A stretch of DNA of 30,074 nt from a virus (taxonomy: Duplodnaviria > Caudoviricetes). Position numbers and translations under genes: made by a program. The notes beneath the pieces are model-generated. The model was given only the letters and a program-made list of their open reading frames with translations. It did not search any database and was not told the origin of the DNA. Position 1 is the first letter of the stretch; every line of letters begins with the position of its first letter. Positions 15,728-24,576 of this stretch are shown piece after piece. The stretch is taken from positions 1 through 30,074 of the IMG/VR virus record IMGVR_UViG_3300020045_000440; one strand, written 5' to 3'.

Positions 15728-16123
15728 TTATAGTTCTATTTCTTCTTCAATGTTTGTAAACTCAACACCCTCAACCCAATCTTTCAGGAATCCAAATTCT
15801 TCTAATCCATCCGGATTGATTACCTGAATTACTTCAAAATCAACCTCAGTCAAATTCAATGCCTTTGATTTCTCAGTCAATTTTTTCAATCCATCTTTTG
15901 TGTACGAATAGCCTCCATTTTCTTTTAAAATTAGATTGCCATCCTTATCAACTGATGCATTGTCCAAACGAAATTCCTCTGCCTGTTCCTCGTATTTATC
16001 CAAATATGGCTTCAATTTCTCGTTGATTTTAGCCAATTTCTTTTGTGCCTTTGTCTTTTGATCACCGGCAAAATGGCTCAATACACGTGACAAAACAATG
16101 ATTTCTGCGTACTTCTTTTTCAT
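15728..16123 (-). CDS. putative tail fibre assembly chaperone-like protein (from MKKKY)
   Basis: Charged helical protein with a DKDGN motif in the fibre cluster; function inferred from position. Confidence 0.6.
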   Translation of the reverse strand: MKKKYAEIIVLSRVLSHFAGDQKTKAQKKLAKINEKLKPYLDKYEEQAEEFRLDNASVDKDGNLILKENGGYSYTKDGLKKLTEKSKALNLTEVDFEVIQVINPDGLEEFGFLKDWVEGVEFTNIEEEIEL

Positions 16124-16150
16124 TTTATGTTGATTTGGTTGTTTAATATG

Positions 16151-16158
16151 CAAATATA
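16151..16158 (-). promoter_or_regulatory. -7 promoter box TAtaTTTG
   Basis: Exact match in the gap upstream of 16123. Confidence 0.55.
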
Positions 16159-16162
16159 CTGA

Positions 16163-16606
16163 TTATGGGCAATACGTTGCACCACTAACAATTTGAATTG
16201 ATCCGTTGTAACCTGATGGAATATTTGTTTGTGGCCCCTGTGAAATTCCGTTGTAATAATAAAACGTTGGACTAAATCCGGGCAAAACATACCGCTGACC
16301 ATATCCTAATGCCGGTGCAATACGTGTCCACGCAGCGGCACCGCCTCCGCAGGCTGTTAATTGATAATATGTATATTGAACCGCAACCAATTGGCTTTTT
16401 ACCACCAATTCATTGTTCGGAACACCTGACAATGGTGCTGATTGAATTTCAATATATGATTGAATTAATTCCCTACGCACGCAACGGCTTGCCGGAACAC
16501 CTGATGGTGGCATAGGTAGCAATTGCAGGAAATACCCATTATTGCAGGCATTTATTAAACTATCCCACGAACACGTTTGATTTGATGCGACTGATGTCCA
16601 TTGCAT
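16163..16606 (-). CDS. small fibre-associated protein (147 aa; Cys/Tyr/Gly-rich)
   Basis: Starts 1 nt after the fibre stop codon. Confidence 0.7.
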   Translation of the reverse strand: MQWTSVASNQTCSWDSLINACNNGYFLQLLPMPPSGVPASRCVRRELIQSYIEIQSAPLSGVPNNELVVKSQLVAVQYTYYQLTACGGGAAAWTRIAPALGYGQRYVLPGFSPTFYYYNGISQGPQTNIPSGYNGSIQIVSGATYCP

Positions 16607-16607
16607 A

Positions 16608-19600
16608 TCAATTTAGGTTTAATTGTTTTTCTAATTCCGCAACCCTTTTTTCTAGTCTTGCAATTTTTGCCGTGTGAACTTCACGATATGATAATGAAAG
16701 GAAACCATCCGCATTTTTTGTCACGGCATACGGCATTAATTTTTCGGCATCTTGTGCAAAATATCCCAATTCAATTTTGCCATTTTTTTCGTACAATTTA
16801 GCCTCTAAATTCTCAATTCCTGCAACTTGTGCTGATTCATCAATTAATGTTTTTAAACGCATATCTGATGATTCAAAAAATGATGTTGCTGTAACTGATG
16901 AATAAAATGTAGCTGTGTTTGTTGTTGCATTTAATGATAAAACCGTTTGACCTGATGGAAAACTATAAAATCCTAATGTATTTGTAACGCTACCTCCTTC
17001 GTTATATCTAATTTGAAATTTGACATCACCTGAAACGGCAAATCTTAAATGACTTTGTGCTGATGCTGAATCCAATAAAATACCTGCCATTGTGCTTGGA
17101 TATGATCCTGCACCTTTTACCCTTAATTGGCAATAATTATTTGCATCACCACCTGCAACAACATCAAGTTTATAACCTGAATCTGTTTCTGATCCACCAA
17201 TAATTGTGTTTCCGTTTGCTCTTATTACCATTGCAACTGAATCAGCCCCCGATGTAAAAAACAAATGCCCTGTTCCCGAATTTGTTAAAATACGACTACC
17301 AATACGCAATCCATAGGATTCCCATTGCATAAATTGCCCTGTTCCGTAATAATTTTTTGTGGTTAATCCTGCATTTCCTGCTGCTGATGATGTATATTCT
17401 AATTGCATATATCCAACAGAATCTGTTTGTGCTGTTGAACTTTGTATATGTAATTTATTTACCGGACTTACAACACCTATTCCTAAATTTCCCTGCTGAC
17501 TTAACCACATTCTACCAACTCCTATACTATCATTTGCCGTTGCAAATTCTAAATATGCACTATTATTTGTTGTTCCTCTGTATCCTGAAATATGTGCTAA
17601 TCTTTTGCTTCCTGCTGTTGTTGCGTTTGTGTTTGTAAATGAAAGCCTACCCAATGCCTCACCTGCATCAACTCTTGTGCCTGTTAAAGACAAAACGGCT
17701 CTACCATTAGTAGATTGTAAAATGGTCATACCACTTTCCCCATCAATATAATCAGTAGGAGTATTAGTATTAATTCCAACATTACCATTTGATCCAATAA
17801 ACAATCTTGAAATAAATGTTGCACTATTACCTGATGTTCCTAATAATGTATTTTCTAATGAAATATTGCCATTATATTGAGACATTCTTGAAGCATAATC
17901 AGAAATTGAAAATACCCAATTTGTTCCATTGTAATATGCCCCTGATCCTAATTGTATATTATTAAATGAATCATTTCTACCTACTAAAAATCCTGAACCA
18001 TTGCCAATTTGTAATGTACTATTAATAAAAGGATTACCCCAAGGTGCTGAACTTGAATTTATATTTACACTACCTGAAAACGATGCAATACCTGTCACAT
18101 CTCTAATTGTTAAAAATGTAGAAACAGAACCACCTGTTGCACCGCCAAAATTCAAATATCCTGTTGTGTTATCTCTCCAAATATCCCAAAAATATGGTTG
18201 ATCTGCTGCATTAGATAATCTCAACATAGCAGGTTTTGCAACTGCTGTACCTTTTATATTTAATCCACTACTTTCAACAACTGCACTTGTAAATCTTGCC
18301 GATCCTAATACATCCAATTTATACCCTGCATCTGTTGATGTTCCAATCATTGTATTTCCTGATGAAACATTTAAAACAAGATTATTTGATGCATCATAAA
18401 ATCTAATTGCATCAGTGGCTAAAACTCTATTTTCAAGTTTTCCATAGGTTTGATTATTATCAATGCCAATTGTCCATCTTGCTGTTGTGCCATTGGTAAA
18501 ATCAACCATAGATGCCGCTGTTGCACCTGATTGTAATTTAATTCTAGCTGCATCTCCTGACCAAGCAATTAAATGCAACAATGTATTTGGTGATGTATTA
18601 TTTATTCCAAAATATGTTCCATCTGTGTATAATGTACTATTTGCAATTGTGCTTGTTGCTGACCATTTTGGAATATATCCTGTTGATCCTGTTCCACCAA
18701 CACCACCTAAACCTGCCAATGTTTGATCACCTGTATTTGTTCCACTTAAATTTGTGGCTGCTAATGTTCCGTGAATTGTTGTATTACCATTATTTAAAAT
18801 GGTCATCGTATCTCCACCCTTTGTCCACGAATATATTTTCATATTATCTTCTCCACCACCATTACCAACACGAATTTGCCATTGTTTTGATCCGGAACCA
18901 TCCCACGTTGTTGATCCAACCTGAAAACGAATATGTGCCTGTGTTGTTCCATTGACTAAAATACCACCAATGTTTGATCCACCAACTGCCCTAAATATTG
19001 CATTTACATATGGTTCACCACCTGTATTGTAAGATGAAATTAATTGACCTGTCATTGTACCACCTGCTAATGGTAAATATGCAGATAAATTTGGGCCGGT
19101 CGAAACCGAACCATCAGCCATCAAAAATTGACTTGATGTTCCACCCGATTTGATAAACGATGCCGATGTCAATGTGCCGGTATTTATCGCATTCCCTGAT
19201 GGTGTTATTTGGAACTTTGTTGCACCGGCTGTTTGGTCATAAATATAAAAATACCCTGAATCAACAAATAATGTGTAATCCGGATTATTATCTGTATCGG
19301 TGAAATATAACTTTGGTGAAATTCCGCTGATTGTCATATCACCTGTGAATACAGGGTTGGCCGCATCCGCTTTTAAAGCAAGTTTTGCCAATACTGCATT
19401 TGAATTTGGATATTCCGTGTCACTAGCCAATAAATTTGACACCATTTTATCCAAACGTTGGTACGTTGATGCCGCTGTGGTAATTAACAAATAATTTGCC
19501 AATGATGCCGATGTCACATATGTGCTTGAATCAATTGATCCGTCTGCCTTTAAAAATTGTGTTGCCGTTCCGCCTGACTTTGCAATTGTTCCCACAATCA

Positions 19601-21194
19601 AATCACCTGCAATGGTTGTCACACCTGATGAATTAATCACAAAACGTGTTGCACCGGCTGTTTGGTCGTATATTCTAAAAAATCCGGCATCTGCCCCGAT
19701 AAAATAATCAGGGTTTTGATCCGTATCTGTGAAATACAATTTAGGTTCTGCCCCTGAAATGGTCATGTTACCGGTAAACACCGGGTTTTCTGCATTTGCT
19801 TTTAATGCTAATGCTGCAATGACTGCGTTTGAATTTGGGTATTCTGTTGCACTTGCAAGCAAATTGGACACCATTTTGTCCAATCTTTGGTATGTTGATG
19901 CCGCATCCGTTGTGGTCAAATAGGTTGAATTATCGTATGAAATCGTTGTACCTGATGCCTTTACAAACCCGGTGCCATCCAATTGTGCCTGTGGTGTGTA
20001 ACCTAATGCAGATGCGATGCTCTTATTTTCCCAATATCCATTTGCCAAATCATAAAATAAACCATGATTATTTGCAGGATCGGCAATGTAAACATCCTGA
20101 ATCATTGACATTTTAGGCATAATATGTGGCCTTACCATCAATGTGCCCTGCGTTGCGTGAACACGTACAACCGCCGCAACCTCAATTTTGGCATTTGGTG
20201 CAATTGGTTGTGTTTCTGTTAATAAACCATCTGTGGCACTTGCTGAATCAAAATACAACACCGAACCCAATGTGAATGCTGTGGTGTCTATGTTTCTAAC
20301 CTTGCCTAAAATTGTTACATATCCGAAATCGTTGTTTGCAAAATCTTGTGTTGCAACACCAATAAAATATTGAGGATTTGCGTTGATTGTTGCCGGATCG
20401 GCCAAAGACATCAAAAGGTGATCGCCTTCAACACCTGCAAACATTACTGCTTTCCCATTACCAATCGCCCCTGATGCTTTGCCATAAAAATGTAATTCCT
20501 GCCCGGCCTGTAAAACCACACCATTCAACAATCCCATGTCAAACGTTCCATCAATTGGATTCCACACAATTTCACCCACATCTGTGCTGTGCGTTGTGTC
20601 TGTGTCAATTGCCAAATATTCGGCACTCAATGAAAATTCTCCTAAATCAACATTTGCCGTTGCCCCTGTATATGGTACAAATCCTGTCAATGTTGGGAAT
20701 GTAGCCAATGAACCATCACCACGAATGTATTGTGAAATTGTGCCGGTTGGATTGTTGTATTTGGCATTTAATGCATTTTGCAAATCTGTTTGATTGCTTA
20801 ATGTGCCTGAAATATTACCCCACACGGCTGATGTGCCATCAATTGTCCACGATCTATTTGCACTCAAATCATACGTTGTGCCATTGATTGTCAATGTACG
20901 TGTTGTCGGAACCGGTGTGTAACCTAATGCCGAAATTATTTGTGAACTTGTAATGCCGGTCAAATAGGTATTTGCATCCAATGATCCATCCGCTTTTAAA
21001 AACTGCGTGGCTAAACCATTAGTGACCTTGTATTTGTTTGCTCTTAAAAAACCCTGCGAATCGATGAAAACATTTGAACCACCGCCAAAACCATCTGTGA
21101 TTTGCTTTTCGCTTGCTGTTAGGATGTCATTGTCGATTGTTTTCAACAATGCTTTGTATGTTTCCGCTACTAATTGACCGGTTAATGATGCCAT
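16608..21194 (-). CDS. long modular tail fibre with C-terminal intramolecular chaperone (peptidase S74-like)
   Basis: Gly/Thr/Ser/Asn-rich; repeated QFL(K/M)ADGS, ALGYTP and GN.GI motifs; SSDMRLKT...LGYFAQDAEKLMPYAV...LSLSY followed by a coiled coil. Confidence 0.92.
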   Translation of the reverse strand: MASLTGQLVAETYKALLKTIDNDILTASEKQITDGFGGGSNVFIDSQGFLRANKYKVTNGLATQFLKADGSLDANTYLTGITSSQIISALGYTPVPTTRTLTINGTTYDLSANRSWTIDGTSAVWGNISGTLSNQTDLQNALNAKYNNPTGTISQYIRGDGSLATFPTLTGFVPYTGATANVDLGEFSLSAEYLAIDTDTTHSTDVGEIVWNPIDGTFDMGLLNGVVLQAGQELHFYGKASGAIGNGKAVMFAGVEGDHLLMSLADPATINANPQYFIGVATQDFANNDFGYVTILGKVRNIDTTAFTLGSVLYFDSASATDGLLTETQPIAPNAKIEVAAVVRVHATQGTLMVRPHIMPKMSMIQDVYIADPANNHGLFYDLANGYWENKSIASALGYTPQAQLDGTGFVKASGTTISYDNSTYLTTTDAASTYQRLDKMVSNLLASATEYPNSNAVIAALALKANAENPVFTGNMTISGAEPKLYFTDTDQNPDYFIGADAGFFRIYDQTAGATRFVINSSGVTTIAGDLIVGTIAKSGGTATQFLKADGSIDSSTYVTSASLANYLLITTAASTYQRLDKMVSNLLASDTEYPNSNAVLAKLALKADAANPVFTGDMTISGISPKLYFTDTDNNPDYTLFVDSGYFYIYDQTAGATKFQITPSGNAINTGTLTSASFIKSGGTSSQFLMADGSVSTGPNLSAYLPLAGGTMTGQLISSYNTGGEPYVNAIFRAVGGSNIGGILVNGTTQAHIRFQVGSTTWDGSGSKQWQIRVGNGGGEDNMKIYSWTKGGDTMTILNNGNTTIHGTLAATNLSGTNTGDQTLAGLGGVGGTGSTGYIPKWSATSTIANSTLYTDGTYFGINNTSPNTLLHLIAWSGDAARIKLQSGATAASMVDFTNGTTARWTIGIDNNQTYGKLENRVLATDAIRFYDASNNLVLNVSSGNTMIGTSTDAGYKLDVLGSARFTSAVVESSGLNIKGTAVAKPAMLRLSNAADQPYFWDIWRDNTTGYLNFGGATGGSVSTFLTIRDVTGIASFSGSVNINSSSAPWGNPFINSTLQIGNGSGFLVGRNDSFNNIQLGSGAYYNGTNWVFSISDYASRMSQYNGNISLENTLLGTSGNSATFISRLFIGSNGNVGINTNTPTDYIDGESGMTILQSTNGRAVLSLTGTRVDAGEALGRLSFTNTNATTAGSKRLAHISGYRGTTNNSAYLEFATANDSIGVGRMWLSQQGNLGIGVVSPVNKLHIQSSTAQTDSVGYMQLEYTSSAAGNAGLTTKNYYGTGQFMQWESYGLRIGSRILTNSGTGHLFFTSGADSVAMVIRANGNTIIGGSETDSGYKLDVVAGGDANNYCQLRVKGAGSYPSTMAGILLDSASAQSHLRFAVSGDVKFQIRYNEGGSVTNTLGFYSFPSGQTVLSLNATTNTATFYSSVTATSFFESSDMRLKTLIDESAQVAGIENLEAKLYEKNGKIELGYFAQDAEKLMPYAVTKNADGFLSLSYREVHTAKIARLEKRVAELEKQLNLN
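19090..19910 (-). repeat. internal tandem duplication in the fibre, period 429 nt (143 aa)
   Basis: AASTYQRLDKMVSNLLAS.TEYPNSNAV...PKLYFTDTD.NPDY...IYDQTAGAT occurs twice; GCACCGGCTGTTTGGTC at 19222 and 19651. Outer bounds are approximate. Confidence 0.9.
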
Positions 21195-21220
21195 TTTTTA
21201 CCTGCTTATTTTATTGCAAG

Positions 21221-21670
21221 TTAAAAAATTATTAGCCTTGTTTTATAGAACACATATCCGATAATGATGACTGATTCAAAAAAGATGGTGATTATGGCCC
21301 ATGATGGCACCACATTTTTGATCACTTCTTTGTTCGAAATCTGAACATTGTCCGATTTTGATGATTGGTATTTGGATTTGTAAACAGATTCGATTGAATC
21401 AATATCAATTTTGGCCTCAATTCTGCCACGTGTTGAACGTAATGTGATTGTGCCTTGTGGTATTACAAATTTCGAATAAAAGGCCGTTAAAATGCCCGCA
21501 GAATCGCACGGATTTTCGATGATAATTGAATCACGGATTGCCTTTGTTTTATAAATAACATCTGATGTGTGGATGGTATCATATTTAACAATCGTGCTTT
21601 CTTTGATGATGGTTTTTGTTGGTTTGCAACTTGCAAACAGGATAATTGCGATGATTAGGAATTTTTTCAT
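21221..21670 (-). CDS. unimolecular spanin (u-spanin)-like lipoprotein
   Basis: MKKFLIIAIILFAS-C lipobox, beta-rich middle and C-terminal TM helix (WAIITIFFESVIIIGYVFY); follows the endolysin. Confidence 0.8.
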   Translation of the reverse strand: MKKFLIIAIILFASCKPTKTIIKESTIVKYDTIHTSDVIYKTKAIRDSIIIENPCDSAGILTAFYSKFVIPQGTITLRSTRGRIEAKIDIDSIESVYKSKYQSSKSDNVQISNKEVIKNVVPSWAIITIFFESVIIIGYVFYKTRLIIF

Positions 21671-21746
21671 TTTTATATTATTTAACATATAATGTTGGTT
21701 ACATTTTACATTATACCCACATTTTGGTAATAATGATGAATATATC

Positions 21747-22235
21747 CTACAAAATCACGTATCCCTGTGGATCGGTTTTCTTTGCGTTTTTCAATGCTAA
21801 CACATCCGAAATCTTTTTACCAAATGTTTTTTCAAAATGTGGTGCATCAGGGAATTTTTTCCAATCGCCACCCCATGCCCATCCGTACTTTTTAAATATG
21901 GCCACAACCTCCATCCAATCCGCTTTGCCATCACCATCGAAATCCTTTTTGACATCCCATGATGCCGATGCACCATCAATCAAAACAATGTCTAATGCAA
22001 GGCCGTAATTATGAAATGAATACCCACCTTTTGCGTTGGTAACTTTGGCACCCGGTTTTGTTCTGCCAATCGCATACAAATCATCCTGTTCTTTAAATGT
22101 CCGCAATGTGTATGCAAACCGACAAAATGCATTCCCCCTTAATGCTCCACAAATTTCATCATAAATGGTTGCAACCTCAGCACGCAATTTAGGGTGCATC
22201 AATTGAATCCGTTCCAATGTCTTTTGGTCTTTCAT
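21747..22235 (-). CDS. endolysin, M15 family (L-Ala-D-Glu peptidase-like)
   Basis: RTFKEQDDLYAIGRT...SFHNYGLALD...WGGDWKKFPDAPHFE. Confidence 0.93.
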   Translation of the reverse strand: MKDQKTLERIQLMHPKLRAEVATIYDEICGALRGNAFCRFAYTLRTFKEQDDLYAIGRTKPGAKVTNAKGGYSFHNYGLALDIVLIDGASASWDVKKDFDGDGKADWMEVVAIFKKYGWAWGGDWKKFPDAPHFEKTFGKKISDVLALKNAKKTDPQGYVIL

Positions 22236-22522
22236 TATTCCTGATCGGCTTTCTTTTTTACAGGTTTGCCGTGTTTTAAATTATGGTTTTCCTCTCTTAG
22301 ATTCTCAATTTCAACCGTTAATTCATCCACTTTTTTGCTCAATTGGTCAACCTTCGCCTCCAACTTTTCATTCATTGCCGTTACCATGTCAATCACACGT
22401 TGGGAATTTTCTAATTGTATTGTACTGATGTCCGCATTTTCTTTTCGCTTTCCTAATATCCACGAAATTAATGCTGTGATTGTTGATGATGCTAGGCCGA
22501 TAATGGCATCCCTTGTTTCCAT
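22235..22522 (-). CDS. holin-like membrane protein (one N-terminal TM helix plus coiled coil)
   Basis: AIIGLASSTITALISWILG followed by KRK and a heptad pattern; stop overlaps the endolysin start (TAATG). Confidence 0.6.
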   Translation of the reverse strand: METRDAIIGLASSTITALISWILGKRKENADISTIQLENSQRVIDMVTAMNEKLEAKVDQLSKKVDELTVEIENLREENHNLKHGKPVKKKADQE

Positions 22523-22963
22523 TTATGCTGTTTGTTGGATTTTATTACTTATTTCAACTATGCCACGAAAATACGTGTGATCACGTTCATCATCCACCAT
22601 ATACGTTGATGACTCCTTTACGCAGGTAAATACATTGAATCCATCCGCAGATAAATCAAAGTAACCATTTGAACGTGTTCTGATTAATTCTAAAATTCTA
22701 TTGATTGCCTGATTGGCTGTTAATTCACCACCCGAATCCGATGCAAAACGTGTCACCACTTCGATTCGTGTGATTGTTTCTGTGATATACGATGTCTGAT
22801 TAAAATCTGTTTCATCTGATGAAACGGAATACACTAAAATGTACGGAAACGATGCTGTTGATGGAACCCGGTTGTAAACACCAAATGTCACACCATCAAT
22901 CACCACGTTATTTGTCAAACGTGTAATGATCGCCTTGCGGATAAATTGAATCGGTTCTAACAT
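22523..22963 (-). CDS. tail terminator / tail completion protein (DUF3168-like)
   Basis: IRKAIITRL...VYNRVPSTASFPYILV pattern and canonical position. Confidence 0.8.
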   Translation of the reverse strand: MLEPIQFIRKAIITRLTNNVVIDGVTFGVYNRVPSTASFPYILVYSVSSDETDFNQTSYITETITRIEVVTRFASDSGGELTANQAINRILELIRTRSNGYFDLSADGFNVFTCVKESSTYMVDDERDHTYFRGIVEISNKIQQTA

Positions 22964-23406
22964 TATTTAGTCAATTGTTTTAATTTTTGGTACAATCGTA
23001 CATTTAGTAAACGTAATTCTGTGCGAATAGCAGGGAAAAAGAATGGACGGGCATACATTGCCTGTTTCTTGATTCCTTTGCCCTTAAATTGTGCCGCATA
23101 ACTCGCAGGGAATCCGGCCTCTTGCAAAAACTTTAATGTGACACCACGACCTGTCCCAAATTCAACATATGGGGCATATGGTGCACGTGAAAAAACAACA
23201 ACAGAATTTTCATTTTGCCTCTCGAATCCGGTTTGATTTCTCAAATTACCTGTATCGTGTGGAGCCGTAGATTTCATTCTACCAACCATCTGCATTGCTG
23301 TTGTGGTCAATTCGTTTGACAATTCCTGTTTAGAGAATTTTGCCAACTGATCCATCCGCTTTCGCAGATCATCCATTTGTTTAGAATCAACCTTAATTTT
23401 AATCAT
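22963..23406 (-). CDS. HK97 gp10-like neck/tail completion protein (from MIKIK)
   Basis: APHDTGNLR...APYAPYVEFGT...MYARPFFFPA. Confidence 0.88.
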   Translation of the reverse strand: MIKIKVDSKQMDDLRKRMDQLAKFSKQELSNELTTTAMQMVGRMKSTAPHDTGNLRNQTGFERQNENSVVVFSRAPYAPYVEFGTGRGVTLKFLQEAGFPASYAAQFKGKGIKKQAMYARPFFFPAIRTELRLLNVRLYQKLKQLTK

Positions 23407-23750
23407 TACCCCTCTATTTTGGTGGCTGTCATTTTCACCCAAAAATTCTCAAACGTTTGAAATCCTGAATTAATGCGATACAATGCCGAAAATCCCTCAA
23501 CTTGCAACACATCCTCATTGGCAATCAAATCGGCTGTTTCCTTTCTGATTGTGATCTCAATTTCTGTTGATTTTAATCTGATGCCCATACGTTCATCAAT
23601 ATCACCTTTTGTTTCTTGCACACGGCACCACACGGTGTCAATTGTCACATATCCGCCCGGTGTAGTTCCACCATATCCATCATCGGATTTGGCCATCCTT
23701 TTAATCAGGATGCGTTGTTTTAAAATTGATGCCGTGTTGTTTGTTGCCAT
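23406..23750 (-). CDS. head closure / head-tail adaptor (SPP1 gp16-like)
   Basis: LKQRILI.R.....DGYGG......TVWCRV...EITIR pattern. Confidence 0.85.
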   Translation of the reverse strand: MATNNTASILKQRILIKRMAKSDDGYGGTTPGGYVTIDTVWCRVQETKGDIDERMGIRLKSTEIEITIRKETADLIANEDVLQVEGFSALYRINSGFQTFENFWVKMTATKIEG

Positions 23751-24259
23751 TAGATAAATACCGCTTTTATGCCATCCAATAATTTTGCCGATGCACTTGG
23801 AACCTCATTCACGGTCATGCCGGTCACGAAATCCGTGCGATTGTCATAATAGGTCGAAACCATCATCAACAATGCCTGTTTCAATAGGCCATCACTCATT
23901 CCCTCTGTTGTGAAATCGATTTTGATATTTACCGCAGCCGGCTCAATCTCCACCATCGGATCACCTAACCCAAAAACAGAAAATGAAACCGCAACATCTT
24001 TCACCGTAACTGCATCAACGGATGCCACCGGCCCAAATGGAACATCAATAAAACCTGATGTCGAAAAATCAAGGTAATATGTGCGTTCCTTTGCGATAAT
24101 GTCCCGGCTCATGTAGTTTTCTGCCGCTGTGTGTGCCGCTTCAATCATCAAATCAATCAACAAATCATCTGCCGTTGTGTCGATTCTAATGTAATTTTTT
24201 GCATCTGTTCGTGAAATAATTGGAACACCAATCACATCATTAATCTTGATCTGCCGCAT
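23750..24259 (-). CDS. head-tail connector (HK97 gp6 / SPP1 gp15-like)
   Basis: AKNYIRIDTTADDLLIDLMIEAA...AENY...LKQALLMMVSTYYDNR. Confidence 0.9.
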   Translation of the reverse strand: MRQIKINDVIGVPIISRTDAKNYIRIDTTADDLLIDLMIEAAHTAAENYMSRDIIAKERTYYLDFSTSGFIDVPFGPVASVDAVTVKDVAVSFSVFGLGDPMVEIEPAAVNIKIDFTTEGMSDGLLKQALLMMVSTYYDNRTDFVTGMTVNEVPSASAKLLDGIKAVFI

Positions 24260-24491
24260 CCTTTTTTGCTTTGTTGCCCTTTGTCTTATAAACTATTTTT
24301 TCCTCTTTTGTTTCAACCTCTACGGCCTCCACAATTGGTGCAATAACTTCGGGTTTATCCTCAACCTTTGTGCCAAAATTATTTGCCAAATAATGTCTTT
24401 CAACATCAGCCGAAACCGTTACGATTTCACCGGCTCTGTGGTATCCTGTTTTATTATCGAATACCGTTTTTCTCATTAAAACTTTGCCCAT
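24240..24491 (-). CDS. small capsid-adjacent protein (from MGKVLM)
   Basis: Usual position after the capsid gene; GEIVTVS...HYLANN and ETKEEK tail. Confidence 0.7.
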   Translation of the reverse strand: MGKVLMRKTVFDNKTGYHRAGEIVTVSADVERHYLANNFGTKVEDKPEVIAPIVEAVEVETKEEKIVYKTKGNKAKKDAADQD

Positions 24492-24510
24492 TATTGTGCT
24501 ATTTTTTGAA

Positions 24511-24556
24511 CAAATATAAAAAGAAAAGCCACCCAATATTTAGGTGGCTTTCTTTT
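24511..24556 (-). terminator. intrinsic terminator after the major capsid gene, running into a TAtaTTTG box (24511-24518)
   Basis: Minus strand AAAGCCACCTAA-ATA-TTGGGTGGCTTT then TCTTTTT. Confidence 0.85.
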
Positions 24557-24576
24557 AATTTGGAATTGTATTAAAA

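Noticed and set aside
19090-19910. Fibre duplication as a diversity-generating retroelement TR/VR pair
   Set aside because: Both copies are in-frame coding, differences include C/T and other non-adenine synonymous changes, and there is no reverse transcriptase in the window.
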